A stretch of 64,000 nt of DNA, taken from NCBI GenBank assembly GCA_030704615.1, contig CM060732.1:17174001-17238000 (forward strand), read 5' to 3'. The position numbers were made by a program, and so were the translations under genes. Position 1 is the stretch's first letter, and every line of letters starts with the position of its first letter. Origin of the DNA: Takakia lepidozioides (Eukaryota > Plantae > Bryophyta). Below are positions 34,701 through 46,763 of this stretch, one piece after another. The notes beneath the pieces are model-generated. The model was not told the DNA's origin. It ran no database searches and saw nothing but the letters and a program-made list of their open reading frames with translations.

Positions 34701-37700
34701 GCAGATGGAGTTGATACCTCAGCTTGCTGCTGACCATGTCCGTGAAGTGAGGGCTGAATGGGAGGGCCTAGAAGCCCGGGACATGAGAGTTCCCCCTGAA
34801 GCTGAAGTGCTCGTAAAGGACCAAGCTTTACTAGACAAAGTAAAGAGCCTTCTCACACACTTCATTGAAATCATTGAAACAAGTCAGTCTCAGGGAGATG
34901 ACCAACAAGAAAATGGCAGGATAGAAGACAAATCAGAAAAGACCGATGTAAAGGTTGACAGGGACAGTGAACCACCAGTCGAGGGGCCTCGAGACACTCC
35001 CACGAAGGGAAGTTCATTGTCCCGCAGCACATCAATGATATTTCAGGTATACCTTGACTGAATCTATTGAACGTCTCATGTGATGCTTTGGGAGTACAAC
35101 CAATATACAGAGAGACCATTTATTTATATTAACGTATTTTACTAAGGTGTTACACCTTCCGTGTTATGTTCGTAGTTTGCTAACATGGTTTCAGGGTTTT
35201 GAGCGGGATCGCAACGGCAGTCTTTCACCTATTTTTGGGAAGGGAGCCAGCCTATGCCCCCTATGTGGGCAAATCAAATTACCGAGAGTTTTACCAAGCC
35301 GATCTCCTTCTCCAACTTCACGACAATCTCTTCTGTCGTTCATTCCTGATGAAGACTTCGCCGTCAAGCAATCCATTGTGCAGGTATCCTCCTGCCCTCA
35401 CTCCTTGGGTCCTTTGCCCTACCTTGGACATAATCTATTTCCATTCTTCTTTCTTTCTACTTGTCTCTCTTTTTACATCTTTTTATTTACTTGGGGAATG
35501 CTTCAGAACAAACTTATAATTAAAGACCTCCATCCTCCCTCTCACTTTTAAAACAAGTCAGTAGATGGCAGAAATACCCTAGATCAAACTTTGTGAAGCA
35601 ATAACCCTAGTCACAACCTCGGCCAAGAAATGTGGGCCAGCCTCTCTCATGAATTGGTGGTCACACCGAGAAGACCTAGAACCAGGGCTCACAGATGCAA
35701 TATGGAATAAGAGTATGGAACCGTTGCAGATCTGTATTATTACAAAACTTCCACTCAATCCTTCAACTTCTAGTGGCAGACTTCAACAGAATTCCACTGG
35801 AGTTTGAAGTGTTATGATGATGATGATCATCATCATGGACAGGCTCGAATCACTACCAGTCCATTGGCTACCAGCAAGAGCAGATTGTACCTCAAGAGAC
35901 GAACTAACTTGCTGGATCTGAAAACTCGTTGTCTTCAACATGGATTCCCAACAGAGACTCTTCTATTATTTGAGCTCAGTCCATAACTCCAGTCTACAAT
36001 ATCATTTTCGACGACATCACGGATGACCACATCCTGCTCTTGTCTAGTACTTAACTGTCCCCCACATCTCGACCAGGACAGAAAGAGTACTATGACATTG
36101 AGGGCACTTGTAGCAATGCAAGGACTAATATACCTGACCTCTCTACGCTGTTTTGCTTGTCCTAGCCTCCCCACCATGGACCCGTACCTGGGCTGGACGG
36201 AGCAGGGATAGGTGGGGGGTACAAGAGGAGATCAAAATTGGGCCCAGCACGTGTTGAAAGCTTGCTCCAAAAGTGGGTTGTACCATGTCTAAAGTTATAT
36301 TGGTACAGGAATATAGTTAGGAGGCAACAGGAAATAGAGCAGATGGAATGTCAGATGAGACATTTCTTCAGAGGTGTGAGGAAGAAAAAGAGAAAAGGCA
36401 GAGAGGGCTGATATGTAAGGCATGGTGGTGGGGAAGAGGTCATAGCTGTCTGGCCATGAGGCGGAATACAAGTCGACCTACACATCAATTGAAAAACGAT
36501 GGTATACTGTGCTTTTTCCTGCTCTCCAGGTGAGACTTTGCTTCGATGACTTACTCTACCAACCCTTTAACACCTAAGTATGCTGTCTGCTTGTGGGGGA
36601 TCCCTCTCTCTTGTTTCATTCTTTCTCTTCTCCCATAAGCTCTTTGAGCTTTCTGCAGACTTTATAAAGTACCATTTCATCTCATTTGGTCCTTTCCTTC
36701 GTCTCATTTCATTTCATTTCATTTCTTTCGTTTGTTCTCTGTCTTGTCCCATTGGCTCTTTGGGCCCCCCCTATGCATGGTATAAAGTGTTTCTTTTGGT
36801 TTTCCTCAAAAGAATCACTTTCAAACCTTCTTTTGGTCTTAGACCAGGCCTGGGAATGGTCAAATGGGTGGACCACTCCGTCTTCGTATGTTCAGTGTTT
36901 CATGGACTGTAAGTATGCACTGTAGGTATCAGTCCTCAGTGTCGCTTCAAAATATTGGAAGTAACATGATATTCTTTCCTGTATACATTCTCACATTAGA
37001 AAAGTTGACCGGCTTTTGCAGCCTGGAAAGAGGGAAGATGTGCAGTTGCTGGGGGAGTGGCTCAAATATTCCACCCAACGAAACCATTGCGAAGATGCTC
37101 ATGGTCATATTTCTGATGTTGGTAGTGCGTTTGTTTTGCATTCCATAGCCTTCCTCGAAGTTGTCCGCCAGGTACCTGCCTATAAATCTCTTTTACATGA
37201 CAACTAAATGTCCAAGGCATACAAGAGGAAAAACTAACCTCTAGGAGAGTGCCTGGGCAAAGGATTGGACAAGCTGTGGCATTGGTCCATTTAAAACAGT
37301 TTCCTGCGATGGTCTGTTGTTTTAGGTGAGGAATAGAAGACAGAGTAATGCTTGTATCCACATTCTGGTTTGTCGTATGATTTGAGTCCTTGACTCAGTT
37401 CTTCATAATCCTGTAACCAAATTGCTGTCAGCTGTGAACCAGCACCATGGGAGCCTTGGGCTGAACCTTCAGACCTTGGTAGCTGGAAGCTCCACAACTG
37501 GCTCCAGGAGGTGTATTATCCTGCGAGGACTAGCCCTCAAGAGGGTATCATAGTCCACAATCCCCAGAGAGGGCCATTTACTTTATCTCTCACTCACCCT
37601 GTGATTCCTTTGCTACTGTGAATGATCAGGTGCGTCTCCAGTGTGAAGAGAGGGGAGACATGCTGCTGCATGTGTGGCGGCAACTTCTCCGTGTTTTCAA

Positions 37701-38537
37701 CCAGGTTCTCTTTCTTCCGGGTTAGCATCTGCGCTTCTCCACTATGAATAAGCTGTGTATTCTCCTTACATGTGCTATTGTCATCTCCTCATGTGTAGAC
37801 TGCTTGCTTTCGATGAAGGGAAATGGCTCCAACAGCTTCAAGTGAATGTCACATTGTTGACTCTCTGGGTTGTTCTATCCTGTCCAATGTGCCCTTTGGA
37901 CATAATAAGTTCTTCTCTTCAATTGTGAAGAACATTTCTTCTTTCACAGTCCTTTCTACTATGAGATCCGTGGAGATTCCATTGTCTGTTCCATGATACC
38001 CAATCTCTCACGGGGATCAGAAGTGCTTAGCAGCTTACTTGCATGAGGTATTGACTCTTAGACAATCCCTTAAGCAATAGTGTTTTCAGGCTGCTTGTGG
38101 AGGGCCCCTCTCTCTTTCTTGTTTCTTGCTTTCTCTTGTTCCATAAGCTCTTTGAGCTTTCCACGGACATTGTAAAGTACCATTTCATTTCATGGATGTC
38201 TGATATTGTTCTTCCTCCATCGCAACTTCAAATTTCTCTTCAAATCTTAGCGGCATATCTGCATGAGGCGTTGACTCTTAGACAATCCCTTCAGCATAGT
38301 TGTTTTTGGGCTGCTAGTGGAGGGCCCCTCTCTCTTCTTGTTTGATGCTTTCTCTTGTCCCATAAGCTCTTTGAGCTTTCCGTGGACGTTATAAAGTATC
38401 TTTTCATTTCATTTCATTTCTCCTTCCTCCTCCCAGAACACCCATGCAGCATGCGGCGAGCAACCTGACTACTCTCTTTGCAATGAGCCTGTAGTAGCAC
38501 TTCGCCACGAAGTTGAAGAAGTGTTCGGATACAGGAA

Positions 38538-38759
38538 CTTCACAGAGTAAGTCATTGGCAAGGTCAAAGTGGCGTGGGGTTTTCTGAAGAGGTGCATAGC
38601 AACATAGGGGTAAAGCAAGGCTGTCCTCTCTCTCCTACTCTCTTTTGGCTTCACAGAGTAAGTCATTGGCAAGGTCAAAGTGGCGTGGGGTTTTCTGAAG
38701 AGGTGCATAGCAACATAGGGGTAAAGCAAGGCTGTCCTCTCTCCCCTACTCTCTTTTGG
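38538..38759 (+). repeat. 111-bp tandem duplication of an exon donor site plus LINE A RT fragment
   Basis: cttcacagagtaagtcattggcaagg..ctcttttgg twice (38538, 38649); encodes HSNIGVKQGCPLSPTLF. Confidence 0.9.
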
Positions 38760-38767
38760 CTTTACTA

Positions 38768-39648
38768 TGTCAGCATGCTCCAAAACAGCCAATGTGGCTG
38801 TTCGGGGTGAGTTTGGCATTCCGTCCTTAAGCTCCCGACGAGATGAATTCAAGGTCAGATGGTGGGGTCAGCTGCAACATATGCCCAACACCAGATATCC
38901 TAAGTTAATCGACTCTATATCTTGGAAACAGGACCGCCCTGTCAAACAGGCTAAGTCCTGGCAGAAGAGAGTAGAAGAGATTCTCAAGGACCTGGACCTG
39001 GATCCGCAAGTCTTGACCCTGCTGGATAAATCTGACTTAGAGCCTGTAGTGTCCTCAGCCATGTCTGTTGCCATGAGATTGTCTGATGAAAATGAAGTTA
39101 GGCAGAAAACTTCCCTGAACTTGTTTCCAGTCAGTGACATGGGGGAGGACATCTTGGATGACCTCAAGGGTCTACCCACTCTCGGCACTAGACTGAAATT
39201 TAAACTCAGGGCAGGAAGCCTACCTTTGAACAGCAAACAGAAGCAGAGAGGAAAGGGAGAGTGCAATTGCCCGCTGTGTGGGCAATCTGAAGACAGTATT
39301 CACTTTCTGATACACTGTCCGGGGTTCTCTCACCAAAGAGACGCTCTCTTCAATTCTATCAAGGGAATTGTGCCTGTACCCCTGTTTAACAACTTTGAAA
39401 GTCTCGAGGCTGAGCCAGGCCCTCCTGAGGCCTAGTTTTTGGGCAAATCACACACAGCAGATTGATGCTTGTGTGAAGGGATTTCTAGAGGATATCTGGA
39501 AAACCCGGATTAATTCTATATATGATGGTAAGTCACACTACCAACGTCAGCCCCTGACAGAGGTAGGTTCTGTCCCTTTTGTTCCCGCTCAAACTGGGCG
39601 CAGGGTCAATGGCCACAAGGCTACGGCAAACAACGTCTTATGAGTACA
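38768..39648 (+). mobile_element. 5'-truncated LINE family B copy (post-RT region, CCHC finger, 3' tail) with TSD
   Basis: KTANVAVRGEFG, FKLRAGSLPLN..CPLCGQSEDSIHFLIHCP; tail ..aacgtcttatgagtaca; TSD ttttggctttacta. Confidence 0.85.
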
Positions 39649-40099
39649 ATTTTTTGGCTTTACTAAGGTGTCTTAAAGGGCTACATTGGTGGATGGGGGA
39701 CCAGGACAATCAGTTCTTCTGTACACCGATGATGTTTTCCTGCTGGTCCAATCTCCTGCCCCAGTCGGACAGGCGAGACAGCCTGGTCCAATCTCCACTC
39801 TTGGCTTGAACTTGTGGAGTACGCCCAAAAAAAAAGTGGGAATTGAGAGTGGGGTCTGATTCCTTGACATGGGACGCCATGGCTTGCTTAATCTCCTGCC
39901 CATCCCACCCCATTTTTCTAGTCTTGTGCTCAAGTACTTAAGTACTTTGTCCCCTAAGCTCTTTGAGTTTCCCTTGAATGCTACGAAGTTTCCTTTCGCA
40001 AAAAGGCATAGCCGTGGACCTTTCAGGATTACAAAGTGAAATTTCCCACTCCCCTACTGTGAATGTTCTCTACTGCCAATAAATATGCACCCTAAAGTG

Positions 40100-41850
40100 A
40101 AATTTCATCCAAGCATAGTGGCAACACACACATCAGACTGGAGCTCATGGAACTTCATGTTAGGCAGATTTGGAAACCAGTCAATCTTACAACATAGCTG
40201 CAGTTCTATTGGGATACATTCTTGGTCCTCTGCGATGATAGAATCTTACAGCCCAATTACCTGTCTGCAGCTCTATCTCCCTCTCTTCCAAGGGCATTGG
40301 GAAGGTCTAGGGTGGGCTCTCATAGTCTGCTGATAGACACTGATAGGTGGGACATTGTGCAGCTCGCTGACTGCTTGTGCCCGGCTTGCGCTAGAGATGA
40401 TAGGAGGAGACTGAAACTGAAGAACATTTCGAGATCCGGAGGAGATACTAGTGTCTATTCCGAGATAGCCAATGCCTCACAGAGGTGTTCCACTACGAGG
40501 ATGAGGAATGCTTGGCGGCATATCTGAACGAGGTGTTGAAACGTAAACAATTCCCTTGATCAAGAGTTGTTTTGGGGCTGCTTGTTGAGGGCCCCACTCT
40601 TTTTCTTTCATGCTTTCTCTTGTCCCAGAAGCTCCTTGAGCATGCTGCTGACATTATAATGCATCAGTTCATTTCATTTCTTTCTTAGAAGTGACCCACT
40701 AGCTCTATGGGCTTGTTGGGGACATTGTAAAGTTTCCTGTCTTTCTTTCCCAGTTTCCTGCTGGTAGAAAGACCTAGAACCTCTGCAATCGTCTTTCCTC
40801 CAAGGAATGCTTGGGGCTAGAGGTACAACACCATCAAAAACTTTATGCACGGAATTCTTCTCTGTACCGCTTCGAACCAAGGCCATCATCTGGCTTACAA
40901 CCTTAGGTTGCAAGCCTTACCACCCAAATGGCTAACAGCCCAAGCCCTTGCTCAGGTCGTCAACTTTTTTTAGTGCCATGGACTCTTTTGGATGCACATA
41001 TTCAGAAAGTTGTTCAAACTGGCAAGCGCAAAGCGTTGGATCTCACTAAATTTTTCCACTGCAGAGGGATCAACTCTGAGGTCAAGAAAACCATGCTTTG
41101 TCGCGTTCTTAGACCTGCCTTGGAGTATGCATCTGCAATATGGGTTGATAACTCCAACCAGGCTCAGTCTCTAGAATCCATTCAAGTGGGGGTGCTTAAG
41201 GAGTGCATGTCAGCATGCTCCAAAACAGCCAATGTGGCTGTTCGGGGGGGTGTTTGGCATCCCTTCCTCAAGCTCCCGACGAGATGAATTCAAGGTCAGA
41301 TGGTGGGGTTAGCTGCAACATATGTCCAACATAAGATATCCTAAGTTAATTGACTATATATCTTGGAAACAGGATCGCACTGTCAAATAGGCTAAGTCCT
41401 GGCAGAAGAGAGTAGAAGAGATTCTCAAGGATCTGAATCTTAATCCGCAAGTCTTGACCCTGCTTGATAAATATGACTTGGGCTGTAGTGTCCAAAGCCA
41501 TGTCTGTTGCCAGGTTATTGCCTGATGAAAATAAAGTTAGGCAGAAAACTTCCCTCAACTTGTTTCCAGTTTGTGACATGGGGGAGGACATCATGGATGA
41601 CCTCAAGGGTCTACCCACTCTCTGCACTAGACTGGAATCTAAACGCGGGAACCCTACCTTTGAACAGCAGACAGAAGCAGAGATGAAAGGGAGAGTGCAA
41701 TTGTGTGGGCAACCTGCAGACAATATTCATTTTCTGATTCACTGTCTGGGGTTCTCCTCAAATCTATCAAGGGAATTGTGTCTGTACCTCTGTTTACCAA
41801 CTTTGAAAGTCTCGAGGCTAAGCCAAAAGCCTAGGCCCTTTTGGGGGCCT
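40100..41850 (+). mobile_element. Stacked LINE fragments: family A 3' part (~40100-40680), A fragment, and family B fragment (~40990-41850)
   Basis: ALGRSRVGSH..CLCPAC; LRPALEYASAIW..KTANVAVRG. Confidence 0.75.
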
Positions 41851-42434
41851 TATGTCAGATTTAGATACCTTACGATAAGAATGAGTTCCATTTCTTTGGC
41901 TCAAATGTTTCTATGTTTTCTCCTGGTTATGGCTTTGCTCTTTATAGCACCATAAAAAAATACCCAATTATGATATGCTGCTGGTACATGTTTTGTTTGA
42001 ATATAACCAGGTGGTAAACCCCTGCCAGACTTCATTACCTAAGTCCCAATACCTGCCCCCTTTGGTTTTGTACACATGTTTTACCCAAAACAAGGGGTGG
42101 GTAAACACTAAAAGTTTGATATAAGATTTCCCGATTGTTACTTTATGACAATCATTAGGGCGACTATCTCTTGTTCCCTATGGCATACTGATGTGACGGT
42201 GGAGCAATGATATGACAAGCTGATGGCTTTAAAGAATTTATCTGGTAACATGCTACCACTGTAGGTCTTACTACCGACATCAGTCCCTGACAAATGTAGG
42301 TTCTGTCCCTTTGTGCTCCACTCAAACTGGGCGCGGGATTAATGGCCACAAGGCTACGGCAAACAACGTCCTATGAGTACATTCTTCTGAGGGCATTGGG
42401 GAGATTTATGGTTGCTGCACAATCTGCGGATAGA

Positions 42435-43397
42435 TTATACTCATAACACATTGTTTGCCGTAGCGTTGTGGTCATTGACTCCGCGCCCAGTTTGAGCGGA
42501 AGGGACAGAAACTACCTTTGTCAGGGGCTGACGCCGGTAGTAGTTTACCTTGAAACATACAATGGATCAAAGTTTTCCAAATATCCTCTAGAAATCCCTT
42601 CACACAAACGTCAATATGCTGTGTGTGATTTGCCCAATAACTAGACCCCAAAAGGGCCTGGGCTTTTAACTTAGCCTCGAGATTTTCAAAGTTAGTAGGT
42701 ACAGGGACAATGCCCTTGATGGATTTGAAGAGGGTGTCTCCGAGGACAATGAATCACAAAGTGGATATTGTCTGCAGGTTGCTCACACAACGGGCATTTG
42801 CAGTCCCACTTTGCCGAGAGTGAGTAAACCCTAGAGGTCATCCATGATGTCCTCACCCATGGAAACAAGCTCAGGGAAGTTTCTGCCTCACTTCATTTCC
42901 TTGGCAACAGACATGGCTTTGGACACTACAGCTTTTAAGTCAGATGTATCTAGCAGGGTCAAGACTTGCGGACTAAGATTTAGGTCCTTCAAAATCTCTT
43001 TTACCCTCTTCCGCCAGGACTTAAGCCTGTTTGACAAGGTGATCCTGCTTCCAAGATATAGAGTCGATTAACTTAGAGTGTCTGATATTAATCATATGTT
43101 ATAGCTGACCCCACCATCTGACCTTTAACTCATCTCGTCGGGAGCTTAAGGGAGGAACGCCAATTGTGGAGCTGAAAATGTATGTATGGTGTGCTATATC
43201 CACTCCATCATGCATGTGGCAAATGCACCTGAAAGGAAAAGAGTGCCCCTTGAATGTTTCTGGCTTGGGTCGCTTCCACCATTCGGTTGCAGCGCACGCC
43301 TTGAGCACCCCCACTTGGATGGATTCTAGAGACTTAGTCTGGTTGGAGTTATCAACCCACACTGCAGATGAGTATTCCAAGGTAGGCCTAATAACGC
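42435..43397 (-). mobile_element. 5'-truncated LINE family B copy inserted antisense in a LINE A fragment
   Basis: TSD atctgcggatag at 42422-42433 and 43398-43409; rc tail tatactcataacacattgtttgccgtagc; IRPTLEYSSAVW. Confidence 0.82.
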
Positions 43398-43454
43398 ATC
43401 TGCGGATAGGGAGTGGTTGGTAGGTGATGACCGCCTGTGCCCTGTTTGCGCTAG

Positions 43455-45600
43455 AAACAACAGGGCCACTTTGCCTCTCCAAGGCCATGTGAGTTTTGGA
43501 TGTGTAGAGGGTTAGTGAGGTCGAAGGTTGGGGCCTGTAGGGATCCTGTACGGGTGTTAAAATCTCCAGCCAAAAATATGTCTGTGTGTGGGGTACGGAG
43601 ACGGGACATATCCTCTTCCAATGGAACATACGGCCAATCTGTCCGCATGCGAAGGCCAATGTGTGGAGATACAGCCGGGGCAAAATAACATCCCGCCAAT
43701 AGAATGTTTGGTTGAGGATTGTACCCCTTGACGTGACACCAAATGTACCTTGCCAATGTGTCTTTGTGTGGGAAAGTGTAGAATTTATGGAGAGAGAGAG
43801 TGACTTGTAATTGATAATGAAGAAGATGTTACTATAGTGAGCGTGTGCTCACTTTAAGACATATGAACAGTTGTGACTATTGATACAGCCAATAGGTCTA
43901 ACTCACACACATCACAACTCTTTGTCTAACAGTTGTGTCCCTTCAAGATTAGCCATATGATTTGATGAATGTTAGAATTGACTTCCAACACCCTTCCTCA
44001 ATGAAAACATTCAAGAGTCTAAATTCTGAAGGCCCCATTTTTGTCCAACAATGCTATTAAAGCATATTCACATAATTTTAATCTTTGATTAAATGAGATC
44101 TATAGAGTTGTCGGCGTTGGCCAACGTCCTCTCGCATGTGCTCCCTTTCCCGTGATCAAACTGAAACTTCGTTCACATCAGAGTGTGTGACCAACTTCCT
44201 ATCAATTAGTTGGATAGCTTGATTTTCAAATAGAAGTTCTCGTTGGAGAAATTACTCATTTGAAGTTCAAATAATGCACCAATAGTGATGTTGTTGGGAT
44301 GACACCTTAGATCTCTTCTTTAAGTTAATGCCGCATGACATAACTCTATGAAGATTCTGAAACAAGTTTGTTGGAACTCCAAGCATCATTAACAAAATAA
44401 ATTGTTACATGCTTTAATGACACTTTTAAAATGTTTGAAATGGCCATTAGACTCAATTGTCTCCATGACTTCTCTGCAATTTTTCACCATGAATATTCCA
44501 TCGTGGGCTTTGCCTAAGAATAATTTGTTCATCATACTTAGGTGCTTATGGTAACTATATTGATGCAAAGATCAACATTAACATACTAATATGAACATAT
44601 CAATATTAATGTTTTAGATCATGAAGATAGCTCTTCTTTGATAGTTGTTTGACTATCATATTTACTAGTATTACAATACTAGCATGACAATCTTAAGTCG
44701 ACTCTCATTAGATCTCTATGGATCGGTTGAGCACTAGCTCTGATACCATGTAGAATTTATGGAGAGAGAGAGTGAATTATAATTGATAATGAAGAAGATG
44801 TTACAATAGTGAGCGTGTGCTCACTTTAAGACATGAACAGTTGTGACTATTGATACAGCCAATAGGTCTAACTCACACACATCACAACTCTTTGTCTAAC
44901 AATTGTGTCCCTTCAAGATTCACCATATGACTTCATGAATGTTAGAATTGACTTCCAACAGAAATCTATGGTAGAAGCCAATCAACAAAGTAACAAACCG
45001 CTCCACCAGAGCCTTTGAGACAAGTGCGTGGACAAGCTACTAACTGAAAGCTATATCTGAGAATAGAAGGAGGGTTCTTTCCTTCATATGCATCTGTTTC
45101 CAAGAGAAATAGAACATCACACTTTGAGAGGATATCAAGAAGCCCTTGCGGATGGCTCCACAACAAGCCATTGAAGTTCCATGAGCTGATGTTCAGATGT
45201 GAGTGTGCGTTGGTCTCATGGGGCCCCAACCCCTATTTAGTGTTGGAAGGGCGACATTCTTGCTGTCGAATGCCTGGGGGTCTAATCATTGTTGAGGTAC
45301 ATTCCATGTCCTCTCAACTGTCTAAGAACCCTATCCCGGGCACCTTTTATCTGTGAATCGTATGAATAGGATTTTGTGCTCCGATATTCATGCACGCCAA
45401 GCCCGTTCAATGCCACTCGCTTCCCGTGGTAAAACAAGTTGAATGAGGGTGGTGGCAACGTCAAGAGGGTTTCCCTCTGCAAGGGTACCTAGTTGACCAG
45501 TGACCCGGATGTTCAGGGCTTTGAAAGGCCGTTGCTGCTCCTCGAGCAAGGTGGCTGAAACTGTTTCTTCCAAAGTATGGGAACTCTTGCTGGCTTAAGC
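43455..45600 (-). mobile_element. LINE family A 5' fragment (end of ORF1 + APE endonuclease) interrupted by the TRIM-like element
   Basis: FKALNIRVTG, MYLNND, SWNFNG, LLET, GCYFAP, GDFNTRTG. Confidence 0.8.
43777..44960 (-). mobile_element. Small non-autonomous LTR element (TRIM-like)
   Basis: Near-identical TG..CA LTRs 43777-43990 and 44749-44960; tRNA-iMet PBS TGGTATCAGAGC (rc at 44737-44748); purine tract (rc of cccttcctca) next to the other LTR; flanks GAAAG/GAAAT; 758-bp AT-rich interior without long ORF. Confidence 0.92.
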
Positions 45601-45722
45601 TGTGCTACCCTTGACAGAAATGAAATGAAATGGTGCTTTATAACGTCCGCGGGAAGCTCATAGAGCTTATGGGACAAAATGGAAAGAAAAACATGAGAAA
45701 TGAAATGAAATGAAGTGGTGCT

Positions 45723-46760
45723 TTATAACGTCCGCGGAAAGCTCGTAGAGCTTAAGTCCCAAAGGGCTTGAGTAAGATGTGTAGCCTTGTCGTTAGGAGA
45801 TGATAGATGTAGAATGGAAGGGAGGGTTGACGCTAGGTATGTTTCATACTCGGCGTCGTGTAAGTGAGAGAAAGGGGTATTAAAGTGGATACGTGGGTGT
45901 AAGGGAAGAGACGCAGAGGGGATCCTCACGGGGAGGGAGATGGAAGGAAATGCAAAGGAAAGGCAAGAGTGATCAGAATCTGGGTACCTCGTGATGTAAA
46001 AGGAGCTTATTTTATCAGGCTTGTTGGGGCTCCCCAAGAGATAGTCAACCACGCTTTGGCCCTTGTACGTGTGGCAAGTGAACTGGCTGGAGGATTTGAA
46101 GTTGGTTGTTCCATTGTAAATGGACAGCCCCTGAGTTTCACAAAACTTGAGTAGATGGTGACCGTAACTTGTGATTTCGCAAGAGGAATCTGCACTTTGC
46201 CTCTCCAATTCCGTATGCGAGCGTTGGATGTGTAGAGGATCTGTGTGGTCGAAGGTGGGGGCCTGTAGTGATCCTGTACGGGCGTTGAAATCTCCGACCA
46301 AGAAAATGTCCGTTTGTGGGGTACGGAGATGGGCCATAAAATCTTCCAATGGAACATATGGTGAATCTGTTCGAATATGTAGGCCGCTGTGTGGAGATGT
46401 GGCCGGAGCAAAATAACATCCCGCCAGCAGGATGTTGTAGCCTTTGATGTGACACCAAATGTACCTTGCCAGTGGGTCTTTGTATGGGAAGGAGATAAGT
46501 GGGAGAAGCCAGTCAGCAAAGTAACAAGCCACACCTCCAGATCCTTTGAGACCTGTACGTGGACGAATCACTAACTGAAAGCTATACCCGAGAATAAAAG
46601 GGGGGTCCTTTCCTTCATACGCATGAGTTTCCAAAAGAAAAAGAACATCACACTTGGAAAGAATATCTAGAAGCCCTTGAGGGTGGCTCCACAACGAGCC
46701 ATTACAGTTCCATGAGCCAATGTGTGAATGTGAGCGTGCGTTGGTCTCATGGTGCCCCAA
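45723..46760 (-). CDS. LINE ORF2 N-terminus: APE-type endonuclease (open for 345 codons, truncated)
   Basis: SWNCNG, LLETH, GSGGVA, YFAP, GDFNARTG, FTC..SVVDYLL, SDHS. Confidence 0.9.
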   Translation of the reverse strand: MGHHETNARSHSHIGSWNCNGSLWSHPQGLLDILSKCDVLFLLETHAYEGKDPPFILGYSFQLVIRPRTGLKGSGGVACYFADWLLPLISFPYKDPLARYIWCHIKGYNILLAGCYFAPATSPHSGLHIRTDSPYVPLEDFMAHLRTPQTDIFLVGDFNARTGSLQAPTFDHTDPLHIQRSHTELERQSADSSCEITSYGHHLLKFCETQGLSIYNGTTNFKSSSQFTCHTYKGQSVVDYLLGSPNKPDKISSFYITRYPDSDHSCLSFAFPSISLPVRIPSASLPLHPRIHFNTPFSHLHDAEYETYLASTLPSILHLSSPNDKATHLTQALWDLSSTSFPRTL

Positions 46761-46763
46761 CCC

